Of a DNA stretch of 64,000 nt, positions 17,638 to 25,875 are shown one piece after another. Each line of letters starts with the position of its first letter. Position 1 is the stretch's first letter. A program made the translations under genes and the position numbers. Source of the DNA: an uncultured bacterium (GTDB lineage: Bacteria > Verrucomicrobiota > Verrucomicrobiia > Verrucomicrobiales > DEV007). The notes under the pieces are model-generated. The model ran no database searches. It saw only the letters and a list, made by a program, of their open reading frames with translations, and was not told the origin of the DNA. The stretch is from assembly GCA_963977015.1 (NCBI GenBank), contig CAXBMO010000001.1, forward strand, positions 579,524-643,523, in the 5' to 3' direction.

Positions 17638-19185
17638 TTAGAGTTGCTTGAATTCCTTCCAGAATTGTTCGGTCTGGGCCGAATCCGGGTGAATCTCCAA
17701 AACGACTTCCTTGGGCAATCGAGCCGGAAACGAATTCGATTCGATCGACCGGTGGCTCAGTCCCCACATTTTCGCCCAATGCTCCAATTGGATCTCGTGC
17801 GTGTTTTCGGTAATGCGTTTTGTGGATTCCGGCAATTCACCGAGAACCGGCAACCGGGAAAAAATCTTCCCGCCGCCATTGTTGATGACCACGAATCGCC
17901 GCTTTTTGGCGGGGAGTTCCCGCAGAATCCACGGTGCGGCAAGGTCATAGAGGGTCGTCAAATCGCCGAAAATTCCCCATGATTCGGCAGCATTGGCGGT
18001 AAGCCCCAAAAACGTGGACACGTTTCCGTCGATGCCGTTTGCGCCGCGATTCGCCCAGACCCCGAATTGCCGGTTCTCAAATGTCGCCGCGAGGTTCCAT
18101 TCTCGAATCGGGAGGCTGTTGCCCAGAAAAAGGCTCGATTTGGCGGGGATTCGCTCGGACAGGCTTCGCATCAGGCTCGGTTCGCTCTCGGGGAACTCGT
18201 TCAAGAGTGATTCAAATCCGGCGATGCGTTTCCGGTCCGTTTTGAGGATCTCCCTCGGGGATGGGGTTCCCTCAAAGCAAAGCGACCGAAGCGATTCAAA
18301 CATGACGCTTTTTCGCGCCAATCCGGTAAAACCCCGGCTGAGAACGGAGATGACCTGAATGCCGGGCAGGTTCTCCAAATCGCGCCAGAATCGGCAACTG
18401 GGGACTCCGCCGATCCGTAAAACCGTGCTTGGCGGGCTGGTGGAAAGGATGGATTCCCCGGATTGCAGCATGAGCGCGTTCAAGTCGGGAGCTTCCCGCA
18501 GGCAACTGGTCGCGTCGGCGAGGATGGGAGATCCCAATTCCGCCAAAAATTCGCGGACAGCCTGCCGGTCCCTGCGGCGAACCGCCCCCAACAACACCAG
18601 ATCGGGCGCGAAAGGGAATTTCGTGTGGCGGGACTTTGAGGCCGGCTCGACAAGCGGTTTCGGAGTTGGCGATTTCCCCGGGGCCGGGCTTTTCTCGTCC
18701 CCGGAAGTCAGGAGCGGATCATCGAAGCAGATATTGAGGTGTGCCGGTCCCCATCCATCCCATCGCGTCAGGTCAAATCGATCGTCCTGCACATCCCAAC
18801 TGTCCCGCGCATACATGCAGAAGATGCCGGCTTGTTCGATCGCCTGAGGCGCTCCGGAATTTCGAAAGGCCTTTGGGCGATCCCCCGTAATGCAGAGGAG
18901 CGGGGCGCGAAGATACGTCGCCTCGATGACAGCAGGGAGAAGCTCCGCAACCGCCGTTCCCGAAGTCGTGATGACGGCAACGGGTGCTTCCGAATCGCGA
19001 CAACGTCCCAAGGCAAAAAACGCCGCGCTCCGTTCCTCGAAAAACGACCAAACCTGAACGTCGTGGCGCAAGACTTCCAAAACGAGCGGGCTGTTTCGCG
19101 ATCCCGCACAAACCACAAATTCGCTAATCCCGATTTCCAGACACCGCTGGATCGTGATTTCGGCTAGGCTCTCGCTTGGGGACAT
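17638..19185 (-). CDS. menD: SEPHCHC synthase (menaquinone biosynthesis)
   Basis: CAGSRNSPL, EERSAAFFALG, TTSGTAVAELLPAVIEA, GNSLPIR, NRGANGIDG, GDLTTLYD, INNGGGKIF. Confidence 0.93.
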   Translation of the reverse strand: MSPSESLAEITIQRCLEIGISEFVVCAGSRNSPLVLEVLRHDVQVWSFFEERSAAFFALGRCRDSEAPVAVITTSGTAVAELLPAVIEATYLRAPLLCITGDRPKAFRNSGAPQAIEQAGIFCMYARDSWDVQDDRFDLTRWDGWGPAHLNICFDDPLLTSGDEKSPAPGKSPTPKPLVEPASKSRHTKFPFAPDLVLLGAVRRRDRQAVREFLAELGSPILADATSCLREAPDLNALMLQSGESILSTSPPSTVLRIGGVPSCRFWRDLENLPGIQVISVLSRGFTGLARKSVMFESLRSLCFEGTPSPREILKTDRKRIAGFESLLNEFPESEPSLMRSLSERIPAKSSLFLGNSLPIREWNLAATFENRQFGVWANRGANGIDGNVSTFLGLTANAAESWGIFGDLTTLYDLAAPWILRELPAKKRRFVVINNGGGKIFSRLPVLGELPESTKRITENTHEIQLEHWAKMWGLSHRSIESNSFPARLPKEVVLEIHPDSAQTEQFWKEFKQL

Positions 19186-19292
19186 CTTGGCTCCCTTCGC
19201 CCTACCTTTTGTCCGATGCAACCAATTAGCCGACTCGACAGGTTGCCTTCTCAAGTCCAGATTCCGCGATGGGATCACCCGCCAATTTGAGG

Positions 19293-20144
19293 ATGAAAGT
19301 CCGGAATTTTGATTTGGCTGAAACGCTCGATTCCGGCCAGGTCTTTCACTGGTTGGAAACGGCGAATGGCAGCTTCGTCGGCTGCATCGGCGATGTTCCG
19401 GTCAGCCTTCGGCAGGATGGCGAAACCCTGACCGCTTCAGGTGCGCTGGAGAAACAAGCGATTCAACATTATCTGCGGCTCGATCCAACGCATGATGACG
19501 CGATCGCCTCCTTGTCCGCGAATGACGAGCCGTTACAGGAGGCGATGTCCTTCTGCTCGGGCCTGCGGATTCTTCGTCAACCCGCCTGGGAGTGTCTGGC
19601 GACGTTCATCACCTCTTCGCTCAAGCAGGTGGCCCATATTCGGCAGATTTCCCTGGAGCTGCGAAGACGGTTTGGTGTTCGTCAATCGATCGATGGCCAC
19701 GAGGTCTTTGCCTACCCAACTCCGCAGGCACTCTCCGATGCCGGGGAGGCGGAGTTGAGAACGTGCGGATTGGGCTACCGGGCGAAAAGCCTTCATCTCG
19801 CGGCCGAATCGATCGCCAGCGGAGCGACCGATCTGGAAGCGGCCCGGACGCTTGGAAACGAAGAGGCGAAAGCCTTCCTCTGCCAATTGCACGGCGTCGG
19901 CCCCAAAATCGCGGACTGCGCTTTGCTCTTCGGGTTTGATCGTCTCAGCGCGTTTCCCGTCGATGTCTGGATCGAGCGCATTTTGCGGGAACGCTACTTT
20001 CCACGGCGTCGGAAGCCGCTCTCCAAGAAAGAGTTGGAGAAATGGGCGCTCAAGCATTTTGGCGACTACGGAGGCCTGGCGCAGCAGTTCCTGTTTCACT
20101 TCGCCCGCAAAGGCCCGAAGTCGCCGGAGAAAACCAAGGGCTAG
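19293..20144 (+). CDS. 8-oxoguanine DNA glycosylase (Ogg1-like, HhH-GPD)
   Basis: TLDSGQVFHW, GLRILRQPAWECL, GLGYRAK, LHGVGPKIADC, FPVDVWI, YGGLAQQFLF. Confidence 0.88.
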   Translation: MKVRNFDLAETLDSGQVFHWLETANGSFVGCIGDVPVSLRQDGETLTASGALEKQAIQHYLRLDPTHDDAIASLSANDEPLQEAMSFCSGLRILRQPAWECLATFITSSLKQVAHIRQISLELRRRFGVRQSIDGHEVFAYPTPQALSDAGEAELRTCGLGYRAKSLHLAAESIASGATDLEAARTLGNEEAKAFLCQLHGVGPKIADCALLFGFDRLSAFPVDVWIERILRERYFPRRRKPLSKKELEKWALKHFGDYGGLAQQFLFHFARKGPKSPEKTKG

Positions 20145-20145
20145 C

Positions 20146-20778
20146 CTAACTTTCGGGCGCCATCTCGACCTGCGTTTTGATGCCCAACAGGCACTTGGGC
20201 AGATTTTTCGCCATCCCTTTGCGAACCAGGCCCTGGGGGACGAATCTGCCGGGATCAACGTGGAGGGAGTAAATCAAAAGTGTTTTCGTGTTTTCCTCCA
20301 CGGGAACAAACTGCCACGAGCCTCGAATATCGCGCAAATCCCCGCTCACCCGCTCAAAATCCACTCGCTCGAACGGTCTCATCACGTGCTTCACGATGTA
20401 GGTAAAGGTGCCGGGGAGTCCGTTCATCTTCATTTCCTGCTCCACCATCATGTGGGCCGCGCCTTTGCCAACAATTCGGCAGCGAACCAGAGATTGGACA
20501 TAGTCTGGAGCGGCTTCCTTGTCATTGATCAGGTTCCAAACGTTTTCGACCGGTGAGTTGATCAGGATCGCTCCGGTCGGATAAAAGGCCGGATTCCCAC
20601 GATCCTGTTTGCTGACCTTCTCATTCACATCGACGAGCAGAACGACTTCGCCCTGCTCCAGCATTTTCCAATCCGCGTCATCTTTAACGATGTCTCTCGC
20701 GGTGGGGGGATTTTCAGTTTGAGCGGTTAAACTCGAACCCAAGGCACAGAGGCCCAAACCGACGACAATACTCTTCAT
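20146..20778 (-). CDS. SRPBCC/polyketide cyclase-like exported protein
   Basis: Signal peptide; ILINSPVENVWNLIND, SGDLRDIRGSWQF, TLLIYSLHVDP. Confidence 0.75.
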   Translation of the reverse strand: MKSIVVGLGLCALGSSLTAQTENPPTARDIVKDDADWKMLEQGEVVLLVDVNEKVSKQDRGNPAFYPTGAILINSPVENVWNLINDKEAAPDYVQSLVRCRIVGKGAAHMMVEQEMKMNGLPGTFTYIVKHVMRPFERVDFERVSGDLRDIRGSWQFVPVEENTKTLLIYSLHVDPGRFVPQGLVRKGMAKNLPKCLLGIKTQVEMAPES

Positions 20779-21041
20779 GAGAGCTTAGACGCTCGTTCCG
20801 TCTCAAATTGGAAAAAAGTTTGAGACTCGCTGGGGTTTTCCTGACGAAAATCTAAAAAAGCGCTGCGGGATCGGCGTTGATGTGCCCGACGAATCATCTG
20901 TTGGCGCATTTGGCGAAGGCGTTTCTGCTGTTTGGCGCGCTTGGAGTCATTCTGCGACCAACCGTTATCAACGGTTTGGCAACTGGTCATGCAGGAGGAG
21001 ATTCCAACAATGGCGATGAGGGAAAGAACGGTTCGAATCAT
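20775..21041 (-). CDS. Putative small lipoprotein
   Basis: Hydrophobic N-terminus with ISSC/MTSC lipobox-like Cys; ATGA overlap with the downstream gene. Confidence 0.45.
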   Translation of the reverse strand: MIRTVLSLIAIVGISSCMTSCQTVDNGWSQNDSKRAKQQKRLRQMRQQMIRRAHQRRSRSAFLDFRQENPSESQTFFQFETERASKLS

Positions 21042-21191
21042 GATGTTGGGGAGTTTCGAGCGGCCCAAATCGGGCGCGGTGGGCAGCATCGCCGCAATCG
21101 AACGGGTTTTCCTGCAAAATTTTGGAGCGCTGATGGGGAAGTTTGGCAGGCAATTGATTTACGGATTGCAGAATGCTGCTTATTTCAAGTT

Positions 21192-21863
21192 ATGAGCAAC
21201 TCATTCGACCAGCGTGTCATTTGCCCAAGTTTACTGGCTGCTGACTGGAGCCGAGTTCGTGAAGAAGTCGTCCGCGCCGAAAAAGCGGGTGGCGACTGGC
21301 TTCATCTCGATGTGATGGATGGCCACTTCGTCGACAACATTTCGTTCGGCCCCAACTTCGTGAAGCACGTTCGGGATTGCACCGAGTTACCGCTGGACGT
21401 GCATCTCATGATTGATCGCCCCGATCACTACTTTCCCCGCTTCGTCAAAGCCGGCGCCAACAACATCACGGTTCATGTCGAGGCGCAGCATGATGTCGCG
21501 GATACGTTGAAGAAGATTCGCGAGGCTGGCTGCACCTGTGGACTGGCTCTGAATCCCGCCACGGACTTCGCGGATGTGGTTCCGTTTCTCGATCAGATTG
21601 ATCTGCTTCTCGTGATGACCGTCGTTCCCGGCTTTGGCGGTCAGGTTTTCATGGAGGCGGAAACCATGCCCAAAATCGATGCCGCCGTTGCGGAGCGAAC
21701 CGCCAGAGGTCTGGACTTCCACATTGAAGTGGATGGAGGAATCGACGGCGAAACCGTTCACATTGCCGCGAAACACGGTGCCAACGTCATGGTCGCCGGA
21801 ACGTCCCTGTTCGGGGCGCACGACATGGCCAATGCGGTCGACCGGCAGCGCGAACAGCGGTGA
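21192..21863 (+). CDS. rpe: Ribulose-phosphate 3-epimerase
   Basis: PSLLAAD, HLDVMDGHFVDNISFG, DVHLMI, MTVVPGFGGQ, IEVDGGI, VAGTSLF. Confidence 0.97.
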   Translation: MSNSFDQRVICPSLLAADWSRVREEVVRAEKAGGDWLHLDVMDGHFVDNISFGPNFVKHVRDCTELPLDVHLMIDRPDHYFPRFVKAGANNITVHVEAQHDVADTLKKIREAGCTCGLALNPATDFADVVPFLDQIDLLLVMTVVPGFGGQVFMEAETMPKIDAAVAERTARGLDFHIEVDGGIDGETVHIAAKHGANVMVAGTSLFGAHDMANAVDRQREQR

Positions 21864-21877
21864 AAGCCGCTTGACGT

Positions 21878-22075
21878 TTGGGCATGGACTGGCGCAAGAA
21901 ATTGGCCGAAAAAGAGGGCGTCCCGCCGTTTTCGATCTTTCACAACGCCACCTTGGTCGCGATTGCGGAGAAGCGGCCCAAGGATGCGACGGCCTTGCGG
22001 GAGATTGAAAAAGTGGGCGCGGACATGGCGGAGCGCTTTGGGAAAGATGTGATGGAGATTTTGGAAGCGGCGTAG
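21878..22075 (+). pseudogene. Stand-alone HRDC domain fragment
   Basis: WRKKLAEKEGVPPFSIFHNATLVAIAEKRPKDATALREIEKVG...ERFG matches the HRDC pattern. Confidence 0.8.
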
Positions 22076-22101
22076 GAACGGGATGCCACGGTGCTGAACG
22101 C

Positions 22102-22190
22102 GTAAAACGGGACATCGGCCCGTTCCTGCGCAGACTCCCGCCGATTGACCGGCACGTCGTCCGCAGGAACGGGCCGGTGTCCCGTTTTAC
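22102..22190. repeat. 29-bp near-perfect inverted repeat with 31-nt loop ending at the RT start codon
   Basis: gtaaaacgggacatcggcccgttcctgcg (22102-22130) / cgcaggaacgggccggtgtcccgttttac (22162-22190); the single mismatch is a G-U pair. Confidence 0.9.
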
Positions 22191-22376
22191 ATGAAACGCA
22201 TTGGCAACCTCTTCGAGCCGATCCTGTTCTGGCAGAACCTGGAGCACGCGTTGCGCCGCGCCTTGCGCGGGAAACGCTCCCGCGATGACGCCCAAACGTT
22301 TTCCGCGGGGATGCCGGATAGCCTGGAGGAAGTCGGCGAGCGGCTGCGTTCCAGGAGCGGACCGGTGGTAGGTTGA
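22191..22376 (+). pseudogene. Truncated reverse transcriptase N-terminus (DGR-like)
   Basis: MKRIGNLFEPILFWQNLEHALRRALRGKRS resembles the MKRxGNL...NL..A...A.RGKR start of DGR-type RTs; ORF stops at 61 aa with no YxDD. Confidence 0.65.
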
Positions 22377-22502
22377 AAAGGAAAGGCCAAACGTCCCGGC
22401 GCGGATTCTCGAAAAGCTTCCCCGCAGTATCGACTCGCGGCATGGCCAATGCCGTCGAACGGCAGCGCGAACAGCGGGGCGTCTGACGAGGAAAGGCGCC
22501 GA

Positions 22503-23915
22503 TCAACTGAGAGTCGCGCCCGGCTCAATCTTGGCCTCGTCTTTGCGAGCCAAAAACGCGGCTTCTGAATCGGCGAACAGCGGACTGATCTCGAAATCGA
22601 AGGCCGGCAATCCCGTTTCGTCGACTTCGAGTTTAATCCCAGCAGCTGTGACCCAGCGGGCAAACTGCCGGAGCTGATCCTGGCGCGATGTTTCCGGCGA
22701 ATCATTGCCTTCCCCGTTTTTGACGGGACTGAAATCGTCTTCGCGAGCGGTCTGGATCACGACCGGATTCTTCGCGAACGGAAGCGCATCAAAGACAAAG
22801 GTTTCGAACTTCACGCCGTTGGGCGTCTCGGGTTTCACCGGCTGACCGGCTTCATCGATGGTCGGAACCTTCTTGTCGGCGCGGTGAAAGGGGAGGCGGA
22901 CCGAGGCGTCTTTGCCCTCGCCAATCTTCTCGATCAAATCCCGGCTGAAAATGTGGATCGCGATACTGCCGGCCTGGTAGAGCAGCGTTCCCTTGTCGTC
23001 GGTGGCTTCTGACATGGAATCCGGCATGTCGCTGTATTCCAACACTTCGATATTCTCGCCCCGTTTTACGAAAACGCCGACTTTCTCACCGGCATAGGCC
23101 TTGAGACAGGCTTTGCTCGAAAGCTCGGATTCTCCCAGGAGATGAAATCCAATGAAAGCGGGATCCACACAACGAACGAGCGGATTGTCGACCTGGAAAT
23201 AGCTCACGAGGTCGATGCCGCGATCCTTCATCGCTTGAACACAGCCGTTGCGAACCAAGGCGCGAAGCGATCCGCCATGTCCGTCCGGGCTCAAGGCGAT
23301 GGAATCGGGGGCTTCGAGGATGATTTTTCCTTCCAGATCAACCGCCGGCATCAAGCCCTGGGAAAAGAAGGTCACGTCCTTGGGATCCAGCCCGAAAAAG
23401 TCGTGTTTCTCGAAAAATGCCACGGTCGCCTCATGGTTGATCACCGACGTCATGATGAACCAGGGAATCGGCTTCCCGTAGTGGCGGGACGAAGCCAGAA
23501 TCTTCTCGGCGAACACTTGGAAAAGCGTTTTCTTGGTCACCGGCGTCACCGGAAACGTTCCTTTCGGGCCATCGAAACCCAACCGCGTGCCTTGGCCGCC
23601 GGCGACGGTAAATGCCGCGACCCTTCCCGCGTTGAGCGCTTCTTCACCTTTCGCAAAAGCCGCGCCCCACTTGGCTTGTTCTTCGGCACTTTTCGGCAGC
23701 GGGACGAAAGGGGCCGGTTCGACATCATCCAGATTGAGCGAGCCGCTTTTTTCCGTCAGCACCAGAGTTTGAACCAACTCATCCACTTCCGCCAAATCAA
23801 TATCGGCGGCTTGCTGGAGAAGTTGTGCCTGGCTATCCGGCGAAAGATCATTAAAAAAGCGGAAAACGTGACCTTGGCCGGCTTTCTCGAATTGGGTGCG
23901 TAGTTCGTCTGACAT
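22503..23915 (-). CDS. UDP-N-acetylglucosamine/UDP-glucose pyrophosphorylase (UDPGP type 1, UAP1-like)
   Basis: GQGHVFRF, AGGQGTRLGFDGPKG, PDGHGG, QVDNPL, EKVGV, EYSD, NGVKFETFVFD, FSPVKN. Confidence 0.92.
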   Translation of the reverse strand: MSDELRTQFEKAGQGHVFRFFNDLSPDSQAQLLQQAADIDLAEVDELVQTLVLTEKSGSLNLDDVEPAPFVPLPKSAEEQAKWGAAFAKGEEALNAGRVAAFTVAGGQGTRLGFDGPKGTFPVTPVTKKTLFQVFAEKILASSRHYGKPIPWFIMTSVINHEATVAFFEKHDFFGLDPKDVTFFSQGLMPAVDLEGKIILEAPDSIALSPDGHGGSLRALVRNGCVQAMKDRGIDLVSYFQVDNPLVRCVDPAFIGFHLLGESELSSKACLKAYAGEKVGVFVKRGENIEVLEYSDMPDSMSEATDDKGTLLYQAGSIAIHIFSRDLIEKIGEGKDASVRLPFHRADKKVPTIDEAGQPVKPETPNGVKFETFVFDALPFAKNPVVIQTAREDDFSPVKNGEGNDSPETSRQDQLRQFARWVTAAGIKLEVDETGLPAFDFEISPLFADSEAAFLARKDEAKIEPGATLS

Positions 23916-23943
23916 GGCAGTACAGGGTGTTCTGAAAAGTGTT

Positions 23944-24741
23944 CTATTTCCCGAGTTCGCGAGAACGTCGTGTTGCTTCGCGCACGGCCTCGATGAGTGC
24001 CGAACGAATGCCATTTTTTTCCAATTCGGCAAGTCCCGCGATGGTTGTTCCGCCCGGGCTGGTGACATTGTCACGAAGCACTGCCGGATGTTCTCCGGAC
24101 TGAAGGGCGAGTTCCGCGGCTCCAGCCAGGGTTTGAGCGGCGAGTTGGAGCGCCAAAGGTTTGGGCAATCCCTCAAGCACGCCGCCGTCGGCCAGCGCCT
24201 CAATGATCGTGAAAACGTAAGCCGGGCCGCTCCCGCTGAGTCCGGTCACGGCGTCCAGTTGCGATTCCTTGACCGAAACGGCAATTCCGACACTCTCAAG
24301 CAGCGTCTGGACGGTCGTGGCATCACTCTCCGTCGCATTCGATCCCAGGGCAAAGCCCGATGCTCCTTTGCCGATGAGCGCGGGAGTATTGGGCATGACC
24401 CGAACGACCCGTTGTGGCTTGGCCGCCCAGGTTTCGAGATCGCGCAGACCAATCCCGGCCGCGATCGATACCACCAATCGACCGGTTTTGACGTTGGCTG
24501 CGCCCTTGAGCGAAGCCTGAACGTCCTGCGGCTTGACGCAAATGACCACGGTCTCCGCCAGTTCAAAAACTTCGGCACAGGAGCTGACCGCGGTGACGCC
24601 AAGCTTCTTCGAAATCGCAGTTGCCGCCGGTTCAAAGGCATCGTGAACGACCACCTCTCCCGATGTGCACACCTTGGCGTTCAGCACGCCCTCAAGCAGT
24701 GCTGAACCCATTTTTCCGACGCCAATGAATCCAAGTTTCAT
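23944..24741 (-). CDS. proC: Pyrroline-5-carboxylate reductase
   Basis: GFIGVGKMG, CVKPQ, SIAAG, RVMPNTP, SGSGPAY, VTSPGGTT. Confidence 0.97.
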   Translation of the reverse strand: MKLGFIGVGKMGSALLEGVLNAKVCTSGEVVVHDAFEPAATAISKKLGVTAVSSCAEVFELAETVVICVKPQDVQASLKGAANVKTGRLVVSIAAGIGLRDLETWAAKPQRVVRVMPNTPALIGKGASGFALGSNATESDATTVQTLLESVGIAVSVKESQLDAVTGLSGSGPAYVFTIIEALADGGVLEGLPKPLALQLAAQTLAGAAELALQSGEHPAVLRDNVTSPGGTTIAGLAELEKNGIRSALIEAVREATRRSRELGK

Positions 24742-24803
24742 TCTCAGTTCCCTCATCCCGCACACGGCGCTGCGCAACCGGAAAAAGGCGGCGGAATTGG
24801 TAA

Positions 24804-25808
24804 CTACTCCAAAGCTTTCCGGAGTTGAACCGACTTTCGTTCGATGATGTTGGCCCCCAAAACGAGTGACGGTCTGGAAGTTGGCTCAACCAGGGAATTG
24901 ACCGCTTCAACCGCCATTTGTTGGGTGGGTTGGGAAACCGTGGTCAGGGGCGGATTTGCAAACGATGACCAGGGTTGTTCGTCGAAGGCAATGATCGAGA
25001 CATCTTCGGGGATGCGGACGCGTAATTCCTGCGCGGCTTCCAGGATTCCCAGGATTCCCTGCCCGCTCAACGCGATGACCGCGTCGGGCCGGGGATCTGA
25101 ATCCAGGATCGCCCCTGCTCCTGTCAAACTTGCCGCCTGCGTGTAACCGCTGCCGGAAATCCAGTCGGAATTCATCTCGAATCCGGCATCGGCCAGGGCC
25201 TCGGTGACGCCGCGAAATCGTTGGCGGTCCGTGAAGGATTCGTGGTCGCCGCGCAGGCAACCGATCCGTTGGTGGCCGGTTTTGATGAGATGCTCGGCCG
25301 CAAGTCGACCGGCGGCGACATTGTCGAGGCTGATCGTCGGGACGTTGAGGTGCGGCACAATGCGGTCGAGCATGATGATGGGCATGGGAGAGGACTCGAT
25401 GGCCCGGGTGAACTCGGCGGAGGTGCGGCCGACCGGGGCGATGATGAGGCCATTGAGGCGGCGGCCGAGCATTTGCTGGAGAAGCTTGGCTTCGACGGCT
25501 GCGTCCTCATTGGAGTCGCAGAGTTGGACGGTCATGCCGTGTTGGCGCAGTTCGAGTTCGATGCAGCGGGCGAGTTGGGCGAAGAAGGAGTTGGTGATGT
25601 CGGGCACGAGCAACCCGATCATGCCGAGTTTGCCGCTGCGGAGACTGGTGCCGAGTGGGTCGGGACTGACGTGAAATTTTTCGGCGGCTTGACGGACGCG
25701 TTGGACCGTTGCGGCGCTGACGCGGTACTTCTCGCCCTGGCCACTGAGGGCGCGGGAAACGGTGGTGGGGGAGAGGTTAAGGTGTTGAGCCAGTTCGCTG
25801 ACGTTCAT
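24804..25808 (-). CDS. LacI-family transcriptional regulator (RbsR-like)
   Basis: ELAQHLNLSPTTVSRAL HTH, IGLLVPDITNSFF, IPEDVSIIAFD, PPLTTVSQP. Confidence 0.95.
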   Translation of the reverse strand: MNVSELAQHLNLSPTTVSRALSGQGEKYRVSAATVQRVRQAAEKFHVSPDPLGTSLRSGKLGMIGLLVPDITNSFFAQLARCIELELRQHGMTVQLCDSNEDAAVEAKLLQQMLGRRLNGLIIAPVGRTSAEFTRAIESSPMPIIMLDRIVPHLNVPTISLDNVAAGRLAAEHLIKTGHQRIGCLRGDHESFTDRQRFRGVTEALADAGFEMNSDWISGSGYTQAASLTGAGAILDSDPRPDAVIALSGQGILGILEAAQELRVRIPEDVSIIAFDEQPWSSFANPPLTTVSQPTQQMAVEAVNSLVEPTSRPSLVLGANIIERKSVQLRKALE

Positions 25809-25830
25809 GGGGGGCGTTGGGGAAAAATGG

Positions 25831-25854
25831 GCTTGTGCAAACGTTTGTGCAAGC
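25831..25854. promoter_or_regulatory. LacI-family operator palindrome
   Basis: gcttgtgCAAACGTTTGtgcaagc, with a central CG-centred palindrome, in the 67-bp gap between the divergent regulator and ABC operon. Confidence 0.75.
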
Positions 25855-25875
25855 TATCATCGGCGAAGAATCATC

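Larger units (their letters stand above)
21824..22477. mobile_element. Degraded insert at the rpe 3' end bounded by a 37-bp direct repeat (probable DGR remnant)
   Basis: 21824-21860 catggccaatgcggtcgaccggcagcgcgaacagcgg vs 22441-22477 catggccaatgccgtcgaacggcagcgcgaacagcgg (35/37); contains HRDC and RT fragments. Confidence 0.7.

Noticed and set aside
21864-22440. Active DGR or retron
   Set aside because: RT truncated at 61 aa without YxDD; no TR/VR pair with adenine-specific mismatches; the 37-bp repeat mismatches (g/c, c/a) do not fit A-to-N mutagenesis
23916-24203. N-terminal extension of the pyrophosphorylase ORF in the ORF track
   Set aside because: Overlaps proC; homology-like sequence starts at MSDELR (23915)
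24742-24803. att copy of the tRNA-Val 3' end at the left edge of the ribose cluster
   Set aside because: No match to the tRNA 3' sequence is visible
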